A DNA stretch of 64,000 bases, taken from Mobula hypostoma. Taxonomy: Eukaryota. This document shows, piece by piece, positions 11,791 through 25,409 of this stretch; position 1 is the stretch's first letter, and each line of letters begins with the position of its first letter. The DNA is taken from the NCBI RefSeq assembly GCF_963921235.1, contig NC_086108.1, positions 109,556,001 through 109,620,000 of the forward strand, written 5' to 3'. A program made the position numbers and the translations under genes. The notes under the pieces are model-generated. The model was not told the origin of the DNA and searched no databases. It saw only the letters and a program-made list of their open reading frames with translations.

Positions 11791-11879
11791 ACCAAAATAC
11801 CATCTACCAAAATACAATGAAAAGCTGTTTTGCATAATTTGTCATACAAATCAAATCATTATTTGTTTAGATTTTTATT

Positions 11880-12090
11880 TTATTTATTGACATGCAGCAT
11901 GGAACAGGTCCTTCTTGCTCTTTGAGCTGTGTTGCCCGGCAATCCCCCTATTTAATCCTAGCCTAATCATGGGATAATTTGTTATAACCAATTAACCTAC
12001 CAACTGGTATGTCTTTAAGCTCTTAGAGGCAGCGGTGGGAATTGAACCCGGATCACTGGTATTGTGAAGTTTTGTACCATGCTACCATGT
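11880..12090 (-). mobile_element. V-SINE, internally deleted
   Basis: Reverse complement of the SINE head (gggaattgaacccgg) and of the CR1-like tail. Confidence 0.55.
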
Positions 12091-12909
12091 TGCACACAGT
12101 GCAATGAGGCAGAACAAGTTAGAACAATAAGTGCAGTGCAGGTAAACAATAAACTGCAAGGTCTTGATGAGGCAAATCATGATTAAGGGCTCATTTTCTC
12201 GTACTAGGAGACCACTCAATACTTTTATAACAGTGGAGTAGAAACTGTCCTTGAATCTGATGTGTGCTTTCAGGTTTTTGTATCTTCTGCCCGATCGGAG
12301 AGAAGAAGCGAAAATGCCCAGGGTGGATGCTGTCTTTGATCATGTTGGCTGCTTCACTGAGCCCGTGGAGGGAAGGCTGATTTCTGTGATGTGCTGAGCT
12401 GCGTCAACTGCAATGGGTATTCACTGGGAGGCCTTTTTTGCCAAGCTCAGCTTTATTACATTATAGCTGTGAGCTACCAGAGATCAAAGAGTTGTTCGCC
12501 TGCACACCAGATTGATGCCATCCCTTAGCACATCAAATAGCTGATCCTATCTACAGATGAAAGGTTTGTGGACACAGAGGGTCACCTCTCACAGCATTAA
12601 CTTTGGGTGTCTACAACCTCTGGCCTCAAAAGCTTTCAGACCACATGTGTGAAAGGGTATCGGAAAAGATATGAAGTGTATGAAGTCAGTGAAATGAAAA
12701 AAATAGCATAAATGTTAGAGAGCAGTCAGCTTTGCTAGGAATAGTCAATGAATTACAAGAAGATTGACAGGTAGATGGGGTGAACTAGATTCCTTCCATA
12801 TTTGTGATGAACGGCACATTTATCTGCAATTCGACGGCCAGAATGGCCTAATTCTTCTCCTATGTCTGATGGTCTTATGGTGTTTGACTCCTTTTCACAG
12901 TTCCTCCAC

Positions 12910-13130
12910 CTTAGACCATAAGAAAATAAGCATATAAGACATAGAAGCAAATTAGACCATTCATCCCATTGAGTCTGCTCCATCTTGGCTAATTTATTAT
13001 CCCTCTCAACACCATTCACCTGCCTTCTCCCCATAACCTTTGATGCCCTTAGTAATTAAGAACCCATCAACCACCACTTTAAATATACCCAATGGCTTGA
13101 CTTCCACAGCTATCTGTGACAACGAATACT
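12910..13130 (-). mobile_element. CR1 3' end fragment
   Basis: cataagacatagaagcaaattagaccatt tail motif. Confidence 0.65.
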
Positions 13131-13749
13131 ACCCGCTGGCCACCTTGGTGCCACTGGGTTAAAATTAGTTCACTCAGCCCACTTGGGTTGACTGCTTCCT
13201 GTTAAAGCATCCACATTTGATTTTCCATGTGCTATACTTCAAACTTCCAAACAAATTTTCATCCACACAGCGCAGTGAGGGAAACTCTCACCAACCATCA
13301 GCTTAAATCAATCCTGACAGGTATGAACGAGTGAGTTCAGTCTAACTGAAGTGCCAAAGGACTCAGCGCGACGATGTTGAGGTGGGTGTATATGTGACAA
13401 TAGCAGGGTCCTGCTCTGTTATGATTGGCTGTCCTCTGGGATGGAACACCGCAGTTTTTAATCATGTCTTCCTCCTCTCAATACATCTTACTGCCAATTT
13501 GTGAATACTTGAATGATATGGAAAGTCTGGAGGGATCATTGCTTTCCAGAATCAAAATGTTAACAGAGAGGTAGATGAGCTACAAGCGGTTTGAATACGA
13601 GACAGAATAAAATGTGAACTAATCAGGTGGCACATAATTTATTCTCAGATTGGCCGTAAGGTTTTAATAATGTAATTTGTACATGTCATAGGAGATTGTG
13701 AGGTGTTTTAGAAATCATCAGGGTTGTGTATTCAACATTAAAGAACCTT

Positions 13750-13777
<28 letters not shown>
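13750..13777. repeat. (CA)n microsatellite
   Basis: Directly visible. Confidence 0.95.
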
Positions 13778-13782
<5 letters not shown>

Positions 13783-14139
13783 GTCTCAGACAAGTGTCTG
13801 GTAATGATGTCTGAGGCGCAACAATCCCGAGGACAAACATGCCACAAGTTGATTCAATGCATATTGCCTGAGTGGCAGATGATTTCAGATGGAGTTAAAA
13901 CCACTGTCATACAAATTGGATTCAGAGCTTCAGAGTCTGAAGTTCTGGAAATGATTTTAAACCTGGCTCTGCTTTCGTTCCTGGAATTTTCTCATCTCAT
14001 TGATGTGGTGGGCATCGATATGAGCATCATCATTAGAATCAGAATCAGGTTTAATATCACTGCCATATGTCGTGAAATTTGTTATTTTGTGGCACAGTAC
14101 ACTGCCATACATAAAGATAAAATAATTATAAATTACAAT

Positions 14140-14142
<3 letters not shown>

Positions 14143-14177
<35 letters not shown>
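14143..14177. repeat. (AT)n microsatellite
   Basis: Directly visible. Confidence 0.95.
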
Positions 14178-14181
<4 letters not shown>

Positions 14182-14399
14182 CTTTTAAATAATTAGTGCA
14201 AAAGTAGTGCAAAAAAAGAGAAAAAAAGTGAGGTAGCATACATAGGTCATTTTCCATGAAGAAATCTGAGGTTGGTAAGTTTTTTATTTGTAAGGACATC
14301 AAAGGTGACATTAGGGAGAGAAAGCAGGAGAATGGGGTTGAGAGGAATTATAGATCAGCCATGATGGAATGAGGGAGCAGGCCAATGTTCCTTTCTCTT

Positions 14400-15170
14400 C
14401 CTAGTTCAGCACTTTCAGGCATCTATCAACCTCTACCATTAAACCCCTCTGAACTACAACACTCTCTGGGTCCTTAGTATTTACTGTGCAAGTCCTGCCC
14501 TGATCTAACTTATTAAAAGATAACACCTTGGACTTGCCTAAGTTCAATCCCATTTGCCTTTCTCTAGCCAACTTCGCTGGTTGGTCTAACTCCCCTCGAA
14601 AACAATAAATCACTATTTATCCAATTCCCTCTTTTGTACCTTAACAAGTTCACCTCAAGCATATCCTGGGATGGCCAGTCCATATTCTCATCCTCCACTA
14701 CCTTGGTAACTTCCTCAAAAAACTCTTTTCTATCATCTGTATCTACAGTATCTAAGAGTTTCTTAAATGCTCCTAATGTATCTGCCTCTCCCATCACCCC
14801 TGAACAGAGCATTCTGCACGCCCACCACTCTGTGTTAAAAGCCTTTTTACCTCTGACATCCCCTGTGCTTTCTTCCATTCACCTTAACATCATTCCTCCT
14901 CATATTAGTTATTTCCACCCTGGGAAATAACTTCTGCCCATCCACTTGATCTATGCCTCTTATCATCGTTTACAGCTCTATCAGATTACTTTCATCCTCC
15001 ACTCCAGAGAGAAAATTCCTAGCTTGCTCGACCAATCCTCATAAGGTATGCCCTCTAATCCAGGCAGCATCCTGGTAAATCTCATCTGCACCATCTCTAA
15101 AGGTTCCACATCTTTCCTATAATGAGGTGGCCAGAACTGAAGACAGTATTCCAAGTGCACAATATTCCAA
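14400..15170 (-). mobile_element. Old, fragmented CR1 ORF2 remnants
   Basis: Degenerate LDQPAKLARERQMGLN..KVL, EFFEEVTK and LEYCLQFWPPHY segments. Confidence 0.65.
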
Positions 15171-15479
15171 TGCTAGAACACAATTGAATGATTGAGTTAC
15201 CTGTATATAGCATGGAAACAGACCCTTCAGCCCAACTCATCCATTCTGGCTAAGATGATCAACTAAGCCAATCCCACTTGCCATGTTTGGCCAATATTTC
15301 ACTAAACTAGGGGTTCCCAAACTGGTGTCCATGGACTCCCTCCCTAATGGTATTGGTCCATGGCATAAAAAATGTTTGGGAACCTTTCCTATCCATGTAC
15401 CTGTCAAAGTGTCTTTTAAATTTTGAGTATGAACCTGCCACAAGAACTTCTTTTGTGTGGAGAAGTTGTCCCTGTCACG

Positions 15480-15770
15480 CTTGAATCCATCTGCCCATCA
15501 GCCCCCCCCCCACCTCCCTCGTCTGGATCCACCAAGCCCACCAGCTTCTGTCTCACCACTTCCTTTCACCTCTTAATACCGGCTATTTCCCCTCTACACT
15601 CTTCATCCTATTGAAGGGCCTCCACCCTTTGCCTTTGCAGATATTGCACAACCCCAATGAAGGATCAGACCAAAAAGTTGGCTATTGATTCCTCTCCACA
15701 GATGCTGCCTGACCTGCTGAGTTCCTGCAGTACTATGAGTGTGCTGCTCAACCTGTAGAATTTCTCTAAC
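15480..15770 (+). mobile_element. Decayed Penelope 3' UTR and terminus
   Basis: cagatgctgcctgacctgctgagttcc motif preceded by a degenerate hammerhead region (aatgaaggatcagaccaaaaagttggc). Confidence 0.55.
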
Positions 15771-15772
15771 GG

Positions 15773-16072
15773 TGTCAGGCCAGCACAGCCAGGCACCTCC
15801 CAATCTCCACCCAGCTAATAGGAGTCACCTGCCACTCATTTCCAACTCATCACCTGCAGCCTATTGAAACCCAGCTCTCATCCACAGTCCTTGTTCACCT
15901 ATTGAACCAGTTGCTCCTAGCCTTTAGTTACCTTGTTGCTTCGTCATGTTAAATAACTATCCTCCCTTGTTTTGTGGCCCCTTGTGGCTTGTTATTATTA
16001 AAGTTATCTCTCACCACTAAATTGTTTCTGCTGCTCGGCTTTTGGATGAAGTCTCCACAACATTTCCAAACA
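15773..16072 (+). mobile_element. Possible solo LTR
   Basis: Starts TGTCA, contains CACCTG repeats and ATTAAA, ends ..AACA; no TSD verified. Confidence 0.35.
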
Positions 16073-16699
16073 AACAGTTTGTTTATTCAGCATCTCCTTC
16101 ACTTTGACTACAGCCTTAAGCACAATCATTTTCTGAACATCTAATCCAGGCAACCGTTACACAGTTTTAAAATCAAAACATTTGCAGATACTTAAAATCT
16201 GAGATAAAGATTCTAGGCACTCTCGTCAAGTTAGGCATCGTCTGTCAAAAGACAAGCAATTCACATTTAAGGTCTAATTAGTTACGATGAAAGATTAGCT
16301 TTATTTGTACATCAAACCATACATTGAAATGTGCCACTTGTGTCAAATTAAATTAGTGAGGTTTGTGCTCGGCCTCCTGCAAGTATCATCACACTTCCAA
16401 CGCCAAACTCCACTAACTCACCCGTCCATGACTCACTCACCCCGATCTGTAAGTCTTTGGACTGTGGGAGGAAACCAGAGCCCTCAGAGGAAAACCCAGG
16501 TGACGAGTGGAGACTGTACAAGCTCCTTACAGACAGCAGTGGGAATTGAACTGTAAAACATTATGCTAACCATTATGCTGCCCTTCTGTTAGATCTGAAA
16601 AATTCACTACTCCTCTCGCACCAATGCGATCTCACCTATGGAGTTTTTCCAGCATTATGCTTTGTTATCATGCACAAGGCCTTTATTTGGTCACCTCGA

Positions 16700-17105
16700 A
16701 CCCTTCACTTTTCCTGCCTATTCTCGCTACCACCATTGAAAAAGAGGTACAGGAGCTTTAGATCCCACAGCATCAGATTCAGGGACATTTATTCCCCTAC
16801 GACCATCAGTCTCCTGAACCAAAATGGATAACTTCACTCATCACAAATATGAACTGATTCTACAACCTACACATTCACTTTGAAGTCTACAACTCGTTGT
16901 TCCCAGCATATTTATTTATTTATTAGTTTGCACATTTTTTTCTTCTTTTGCTAATTGGTTACTTGTCAGTCTTGGTTTGTGTAGTTTTTTTTTTAACTGA
17001 GTCTATCATATTTCTTTTCTCTGCTGGGAATGTCTGCAAGAAAATGAATCTCTAGTGAGTATATGGCAACTTGATAATAAATTTACATTAAACTTTGAAC
17101 TTTGA
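16700..17105 (+). mobile_element. Rex1/Babar-like 3' end
   Basis: RYRSFRSH..RFR..Y.P remnant and AATAAA..(CTTTGAA)n tail. Confidence 0.55.
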
Positions 17106-17789
17106 AGTAGGTATCGGGTGAAAGGTCAATTTATCAGATGCAATGTGATGTGTTTAATTCACACTTTGAAATAACTAATTTTCTCCTTCAATAATTTCAA
17201 CAGGTTTTCCTCTTAGCATTTTGCACATGGTTATATACACCCACAGCAAGGTGACAGCAGCTTCTTGTGTGTTGAGACTGAGAATGATGTGATAGCCGAT
17301 TGTAGACAAGTGATTAATGACAAGCTCTAGATTTAGCACAGTGTGATGTTGACATCATAAGGCAGACATGGAAATGCAGCCACAAAAAGGCAGTCAGAAT
17401 CCTCACCAGGAGTGGCGTGGTGCAGCGTCCAGTCTGGAGTTAGTACTGACCCTCCCTCTGTGTTCGCTCGGCAGAAGACAAGCTCAGTTGTGGTCGTCTG
17501 CAGATTTTGGTGGCATTGGATGCTTGAGTTTGGTCTCTTTTATAGTGTGGCTGTATCTTTCAATATTATATATTCTAAGTGTGCTTTGTGCCGTGCGTGA
17601 CTATTGGGTCTGTGCTTTGCATCTTGGCTCCATATTAATGTTGTCCCATTTGGCTGTATTGATGAGTATTCATGAATAACAGTTAAACTTGAGTTCAATC
17701 AAGTTGAGATACAGCATGGAACAGGTCCTTCTGATCCTTTGAGCCGCGTACCCAGCAACCCCCGATTTCACCTTAACTTAATCACTGAG

Positions 17790-20717
17790 CTTAATATTCC
17801 AGGGTTCCCATGGTTCAGATGTGATAGAGGCAGAGGAATGAAGGGTGGGGGGGGGGGTTGTTGGCATTGCTAGTCAGGGAAAATATTACAGCAGTGCTCA
17901 GGCAGGACAGATTAGAGGGCTTGGAGCTGAGAAACAGGAAAGGTATGACCACATTAATGGGGTTGTATTATAGACCACCCAATAGTCAGAGAGAATTAGA
18001 GGAGCAAATCTGCAGAGAGATAGCAGACAACTGCAGGAAACAAGGTTATGATAGCAGGGGATTTTAATTTTCCACATTTTGATTAGGCCTTTAACAGTAT
18101 GTGAGTCCCAGACAGGTTAGAGTGTGTAAAATGTATTCAGGAAAGTTTTCTAAATCAATATATAGAGGAACCAACTAGAAAGGATGCAATATTAGATCTC
18201 CCATTAGGAAATGAGTTAGGACAGGTGACAGAAGTATGTGTAGGGGAACACTTTAGTTCCAGTGATCATAACACCATTAGTTTCAACTTGATCATGGATA
18301 AGGATAGATCTGGTCCTCGAGCTGAGGTTCTAAACTGGAAAAAAGCCAAATTTGAAGAAATGTGAAAGGATCTAAAAAGCGTGGATTGGGACAGGTTGTT
18401 CTCTGGCAAGGATGTGACCGGTAAGTGGGAGGCCTTCAAAGGAGAAACTTTGAGAGTGCAGAGTTTGCATATTCCTGTCAGGATTAAAGGCAAAGTTAAT
18501 AAGAATAAGAAACCTTGGTTCTCATAGTCATACTTTATTGATCCCAAGGGAAATTGGTTTTCATTACAGTTGCACCATAAATAGTAATAAAACCATAAAT
18601 AGTTAAGTATGTAAATTATGCCAGGAAATAAGTCCAGGACCAGCCTATTGGATCAGGGTGTCTGACCCTCCAAGGGAGGAGTTGTAAAGTTTGATGGCCA
18701 CAGACAGGAATGACATCCTATGACGCTCTGTGCTGCATCTCGGTGGAATATAGGAACTCTGATAAAGAGAGAGATGTTTGACATGTATACGAAACAGGGA
18801 GCAAATAAGGTGCTTGAAGAGTATAAAAAGTGCAAAAAATACTAAAGAAATCAAGAGGGCTAAAAGACATGAGGTTGCTTTGGCAGTCAAGGTGAAGGAT
18901 AATCCTAAGAGCTTCTACAGGTATTTTAAGAGCAAAAGGATAGTAAGGGATAAAATTGGTCCTCTTGAAGATCAGAGTGGTCGGCTATGTATGGAACCAA
19001 AAGAAATGGGGGAGATCTTAAATGGGTTTATTTTTGCGTCTATATTTACTAAGGTAACTGACATGGTGTCTATGGAAATAAGGCAAACAAATAGTGATGT
19101 CATGGAACCTATACAGATTGAAGAGGAGGAGGTGCTTGCTATCTTGAGGCAAATCAGAGAAGCTAACTCCCCAGGACTTGACAGGGTATTCCATTGGACC
19201 TTGAAGGAGACTAGTGTTGAAATTGCAGGGGCCCTGGCAGATATATTTAAAATGTTGGTATCTACGGGTGAGGTGCCGGAGGATTGGGGGATAACTCATG
19301 TTGTTCCGTTGTTTAAAAACTCTAAAAGCAGTCCAGGAAATTATAGGCGGTAAATTTGACGTCGGTAGTAGGTAAATTATTGGAAGGAGCACTAAGAGTT
19401 AAGATCCACAAGTATTTGGATAGACAGGGACTTATTAGGGAGAGTCAACATAGCTTTGTGCGTGGTATGTCAATGTTTAACCAATCTATTAGAGTTTTGA
19501 GGAGGTTACCAGGAAAGTGGATGAAGGGAAGGCAGTGGATGTTGTCTACATGGACTTCAGTAAGGCCTTTGACAAGGTCCCGCAAGGGAAGTTAGTTAGG
19601 AAGATTCAGTCACTAGGTATACATGGAGAGGTGGTAAATTGGATTAGACATTGGCTCAATGGAAGAAGCCAGAGTGTGGTAGTGGAGGATTGCTTCTCAG
19701 AGTGGAGGCCTGTGACTAGTGGTGTGCCACAGGGATCAGTGCTGGGTCTATTGTTATTTGTCATCTATATCAATGATCTGGATGATAATGAGGCAAGTTG
19801 GATCAGCAAATTTGCTGATGGTACAAAGATTGAGGTGTAGTGGACAGTGAGGAAGGTTTTCAAAGCTTGCAGAGGGATTTGGACCAGCTGGAAAAATGGG
19901 CTGAAAATTGGCAGATGGCGTTTAATACAGACAATTATGAGGTATTGCACTTTGGAAGGACAAACCAAAGTAGAACATACAAGATAAATGGTAGGGCACT
20001 GAGGAGTGCAGTAGAACAGAGGGATCTGGGAATACAGATACAAAATTCCCTAAAAGTGGCATCACAGGTAGATAGAGTCGTAAAGAGAGCTTTTGGTACA
20101 TTGGCCTTTATAAATCAAAGTATTGAATATAAGAGTTGGAATGTTATGGTGAGGTTGTATAAGGCATTGGTGAGGCCGAATTTGGAGTACTGTGTGCAGA
20201 TTTGGTCATCAAATTACAGGAAGGATATTAATAAGATTGAAAGAGTACAGAGAAGGTTTACAAGGATGTTGCCAGGACTTGAGAAACTGACTTACAGAGA
20301 AAGGTTGAATCGGTTTGGACTTTATTCCCTGGATCGTGGAAGAATGAGGGGAGATTTGATAGAGGTATATAAAATTATTATGGGTAATGATAGAGTGAAT
20401 GCAAGCAGGCTTTTTCCACTGAGGCAAGGGGAGAAAAAAACCAGAGGACATGGGTTAAGGGTGAAGGGGGAAAAGTTTAAAGGGAACATTGGAGGGGCCT
20501 CTTCACACAGAGAGTGGTGGGAGTGTGGAATGAGCTGCCAGATGAAGTGGTAAATGCGGGCTCACTTTTAACATTCAGGAAAAACTTGGGTAGGTACATG
20601 GATGAGAGGTGTATGGAGGGATATGGTCCAGGTACAGGTTAGTGGGACTAGGTAGAAAAATGGTTCGGTACAGCCATGAACGGCCAAAAGGCCTGTTTCT
20701 GTGCTGTAATGTTCTAC
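17790..20717 (+). mobile_element. CR1 LINE, decayed ORF2 from the endonuclease C-terminal half to the 3' tail
   Basis: [48 protein letters not shown] and a (TTCTAYGG) tail; ORFs 18778-19353, 19517-19840, 19840-20553. Confidence 0.95.
18524..18750 (-). mobile_element. Rex-like LINE 3' end inserted in CR1
   Basis: PPRCSTERHRMSFLSVAIKLYNSS and an AATAAAGTATGACT tail; same family as 41008-41725. Confidence 0.8.
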
Positions 20718-21119
20718 GGTTCTATGGAGCAATTGACCTATCAAGCAGTACACCTTTGGACTGTGGGAGGAAACCAGAACGCCCGGAGGAAATGCATGCA
20801 GTCATGGGAGGGCATACAAACTCTTTACAGACACCAGTGGGAAACTTAAGGATGTTCCGCTTATCACTGACCACTCAAACTTCTACAGATGTACTGTTGA
20901 AAATATCCTGACTCTTTACGTTCTGCTCTGGTACAGCAATCTGAATGTGCAGGAAGGTAAGAAATTACATAGAGTAGTGGACACAACCCAGCACATGACA
21001 GACATATCCCTCCCTGCCATCAATAATATCTACAGGAGGGGCTGCCCCAAGGCAGCAACAGCTATCATCAAAGACTTTTGCACATTTCTACAGTTATACC
21101 ATGGAGCGCATTCCTACTA

Positions 21120-21702
21120 GCTGAATCTCAGCCTGGTGTGGAGGTAAATGGCTCCTTAAGGTTGTTATAGCCAGGAGTGATAATGTGGGCACAATCTCCC
21201 ACTACCTATTCAATGCTCCCAATGGTGTGCGCCTCAAATAGTCTCTGACAACCAAGTCCAGCTCCTGGCCTTCACATGTGGCTTAGCTACAAATTATTTC
21301 TACTGACTGGAGAAGGGGCCAAGGTGGTTTACTGGCACCTTAAAACCAGTCACTTTGAGCAGATGGAGCTCATCAGCCATGGTTGGCAACTCAAAGAAAA
21401 CTGATCTCAAACCTACATTGCCGTGCGGCTATTCCCACTTATGGGGAAAAGCTTCAGCAGTGAGCACCAAAGGAAAAATCCAAAGCTGGAGTCCCTAAAG
21501 CAGTCCTATGTTGAGTTCAATGCTGACTGGCAACTCCAGCAACGATGCTGGTGCCAAACTGCCACTCCTTTGGGTTCATCAGCTGTGCAGAGGGGGGGGA
21601 GCTTGCCACATGGGCAACAGATTGCTCTCCATATTGTACTGCCCAGGCTTGCATATCCAGACCACAACATCCTTGAAGGACCCTGACTGACGGAGGCCTC
21701 AA
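21120..21702 (+). mobile_element. Non-autonomous RTE-tailed repeat inserted in a Rex-like fragment
   Basis: Homologous to 60965-61400; ends gaccctgactgacggaggcctca. Confidence 0.55.
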
Positions 21703-22579
21703 TGAAAGGAGACATGGGATCACAAAAGGCTGCTGAGTGTTATCGATTCAGCTAGCTCCATCATGAATGCAACGTTTCCCATCACAGAGGGGATTTTCAA
21801 GAAGGTGGCATCTATTAATAAAGATCCTCAGATCATGGGACATGCCCTCTTCACATTACTAATATTGGGGAAGGAGTACAGGAGGCTAACAGATGAATCA
21901 AAGTGTTTCAGGGATGTTCAGAAGATCATGAAGGTCCAGAGATTTAAAGCATTGTAGAAATGATCAAGTTATAGAGGTTGGGTAGTGAGAGGCCATCGAA
22001 GTGTTTGTTAGCTGGGTTGCTGAGAGTTAAAGGATTTTAAACTTCAGATATGCAAAAAAGAATGTAATAATTTCACCAATTCATGCTTTTGCATGCCAAG
22101 AATTACATCAGCTTTACACCTGATTTATTACCGGTGAATTATTCAAAACATTGGGTTGGCAGCTCACTGATTAGGTTATCTTACCAATGACGTGGAGAGT
22201 GAACATCTTTTGCAAGAATTCTGTTAAATTTACACAATCCCTTCCACTTCAGTTACTTTTTGTGCTTAACATTTCATTTTCAGTCCTTGTCTAAAATATG
22301 TAACTCACAAAGAGGATCAGCTAATATCCCCGGCAAATTCTTCTTCTAAGTTCCAGTTCCTGTCCTTGATAGCAAGATGAAGCCCAACACCTCATCATCT
22401 GCTCTTGCTCCATCAGAACAATAAGGAAGATGGCAACCAATTCCGGTTGCTTGCGTCGATCTCCTGCAAGCAAGGCACTACTATCACTGATTGGAGTTCA
22501 ATCCCCACCACGGTCTGTAAGGAGCTTGTACTTCGAGTTAAGCATATGGATTTCCTCCGGGTGCTTCAGATTTCTTTCA

Positions 22580-23030
22580 CATTTACATCGATCTTGTTGG
22601 GACTTGAGGACCTGAATTATTGAGAAAGGTTGAATAGATTACAACTTCATTCCCTCGAGCATAGGAGAATGAGGGGAGATTTGATAGAGGTATATAAAAT
22701 GATGACGGGTATGGATAAGGCTTTTCCAACTGAGATTGGACGAGACTAAAACCACAAGGCATTGGTTTAGGGTGAAATGGGAAATTTTTTAAGGGGAACC
22801 TGACGGGGAACTCTTCACTTGGAGGGTGGTTTTAGTGTGGTACAAGATACCAGTGGAAGAAATGGATGCAGGTTCGATTTCAACGTGTTGAGAAACTTAG
22901 ATATGTACATCGATGGGAGGGGTATGGAGGGCTGTTGTCCAGGTGCACATTGATGAGATTTGGGAGATTAATAGTTCAGTATGGATGAGATGGGCCGAAG
23001 GGACTGTTTCTGTTCTATGACATTCCAAAG
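22580..23030 (+). mobile_element. CR1 3' fragment
   Basis: RRMRGDLIEVYK remnant and CR1 tail. Confidence 0.75.
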
Positions 23031-23189
23031 GTGTAGTTAGGATTGGTAAGCTGTGGCATGTCATATTGGCGCTGGACATTTCACTATGTTTTCACCATTC
23101 TTGTGACAAATAAAGTTAATCTTTAATAAAGCTAATCTCCTTAAACTTGACCCGAGTTGGCTTGTCTTGATCATGTGCAGTTAAGGTTT

Positions 23190-24110
23190 TACAAGTTTAA
23201 GTTCAAGTTTAATTGTCATTCAACCATACATGAATATTTATGAATACAGCTAAATGAAAGAGTGTTACTCTGGGGCCAGGGTGCAAAACACAGAACCGAC
23301 AGCACAAGGTGCATGTAACACAGTAAGGTACCAGGAAAACACAGTCACTAAAAAAACTACTCCAAGTCCCTGAATCCATGAATGAGACAGCAGTCAGCTG
23401 CTGCCTTCCACAGATCAAACGCTGCCTCTGGCACTGACTGATACCCCTTTCCTCCAATGCCCGTTTCCAGCCCCCAACGTGGCTGCAAGCAGGCACCCCC
23501 ATGGCTTGAGGCCTGGACCTCAACATGACCTAGGCCGTGCAGCCCTCCGCCATCGGTCTACCAATAAACCGGACCAGACGTGCAGCAGTTCACATTAGAT
23601 TTAGATTCAACTTTATTGTCATTGTGCCAAGTACAGATACAAAGCCAATGAAATGCATTTAGCATCTGACCAGAAATGCAAAGAATAGTGTTATTTACAA
23701 AGTAACTGCGAATAAAAAAAAGTGCTCCCGCACACAAATATGGAAGTACTGAGACAGTACAATACGGATGCAATAATGCTTAGTGCTGTAATGGTTACCA
23801 ATGGTCAACAAGGTCTTGCAATCACAAGTAAAACGACTCGGACAATCACTCGCTGTGAGACTACACACCACCTTCACTCACCGGCTGTGATGCCCCTCTG
23901 CAGCAAGCAGCAACACTGTCTGCACCAAGTCCAGCTCCTTCAGCTTCTCCACCAGTGAGCAACTCGCTGATGAGGTAGACCTGCAGTACTTTGAGATCTT
24001 AACATCCAGCAGGGCCTTGCAATCGTAAAAAATACATTTGAAAAAGACAACAACACCTTTGGTTGGCCCCATGGAAGCCACTGCATCTGAGCCAACACCA
24101 CCATCTTACC
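23190..24110 (-). mobile_element. Non-autonomous LINE-derived repeat (family of 845-2112), 5' end displaced to 26260-26280
   Basis: Visible alignment with 850-1050 and 1818-2112. Confidence 0.6.
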
Positions 24111-24166
24111 AACACAAAGTTGCTGGTGAACGCAGCAGGCCAGGCAGCATCTGTAGGAAGAGGTAC

Positions 24167-24202
24167 AGTTGACGTTTCAGGTCGAGACCCTTCGTCAGGA
24201 CT
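24167..24202 (-). ncRNA. Minimal hammerhead ribozyme motif (left arm)
   Basis: Minus strand AGTC-CTGACGA-AGGGTCTCGACCT-GAAACGTC-AACT. Confidence 0.6.
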
Positions 24203-24493
24203 AACTGAAGGAAGAGTGAGTAAGGGATTTGAAAGTTGGAGGGGGAAGGGGAGATCCAAAATGATAGGAGAAGACAGGAGGGGGAGGGATAGAGCCGAGA
24301 GCTGGACAGGTGATAGGCAAAAGGGGATACGAGAGGATCATGGGACAGGAGGTCCAGGAAGAAAGACAAGGGGGGGACCCAGAAAATGGGCAAGAGGTAT
24401 ATTCAGAGGGACAGAGGGAGAAAAAGGAGAGTGAGAGAAAGAATGTGTGTATAAAAATAAGTAACAGATGGGGTACAAGGGGGAGGTGGGGCC

Positions 24494-24820
24494 TTAGCAC
24501 AAGTTAGAGAAGTCGATGTTCATGCCATCAGGTTGGAGGCTATCCAGACGGAATATAAGGTGTTGTTCCTCCAACCTGAGTGTGGCTTCATCTTTACAGT
24601 AGAGGAGGCCGTGGATAGACATGTCAGAATGGGAATGGGATGTGGAATTAAAATGTGTGGCCACTGGGAGATCCTGCTTTCTCTGGCGGACAGAGCGTAG
24701 ATGTTCAGCAAAGCGGTCTCCCAGTCTGCGTTGGGTCTCGCCAATATACAAAAGGCCACATCGGGAGCACCGGACACAGTATATCACCCCAGTCAACTCA
24801 CAGGTGAAGTGTTGCCTCAC
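24494..24820 (-). pseudogene. GIY-YIG endonuclease domain (left arm, open frame)
   Basis: FTCELTGVIYCVRCSRCGLLYIGETQRRLGDRFAEH..HFNS..RLEEQHLIFRL.SLQPDGMN, preceded by the Cys-rich linker PGTYPCKRNKCYTCP. Confidence 0.9.
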
Positions 24821-25409
24821 CTGAAAGGACTGTTTGGGGCCCTGAATGGTGGTAAGGGAGGAAGTGTAAGGGCATGTGTAGCACTTGTTCCGCTTACACG
24901 GATAAGTGCCAGGAGGGAGATCAGTGGAGAGGGATGGGGGGGACGAATGGACAAGGGAGTTGCGTAGGGAGCGATCCCTGCGGAATGCAGAGGGGGGGGA
25001 GGGAAAGATGTGCTTAGTGGTGGGATCCCGTTGGAGGTGGCGGAAGTTACAGAGAATAATATGTTGGACCCGGAGGCTGGTGGGGTGGTAGGTGAGGACC
25101 AGGGGAACCCTATTCCTAGTGGGGTGGCGGGAGGATGGAGTGAGAGCAGATGTACGTGAAATGGGGGAGATGCATTTAAGAGCAGAGTTGATAGTGTCAA
25201 CTCACCCCACTAGGAATAGGGTTCCCCTGGTCCTCACCTACCACCCCACCAGCCTCCGGGTCCAACATATTATTCTCCGTAACTTCCGCCACCTCCAACG
25301 GGATCCCACTACTAGGCACATCTTTCCCTCCCCCCCCCCGCATTCCGCAGGGATCGCTCCCTACGCAACTCCCTTGTCCATTCGTCCCCCCCATCCCTCC
25401 CCACTGATC

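Noticed and set aside
10425..11849. 474-aa ORF as an active or domesticated reverse transcriptase
   Set aside because: 5'-truncated CR1; the RT is broken by stops and frameshifts downstream, and the N-terminus comes from flanking DNA.
13726..14178. 150-aa ORF in unique DNA
   Set aside because: It spans two microsatellites and a LINE tail, starts at a non-ATG codon and has no recognisable domain.
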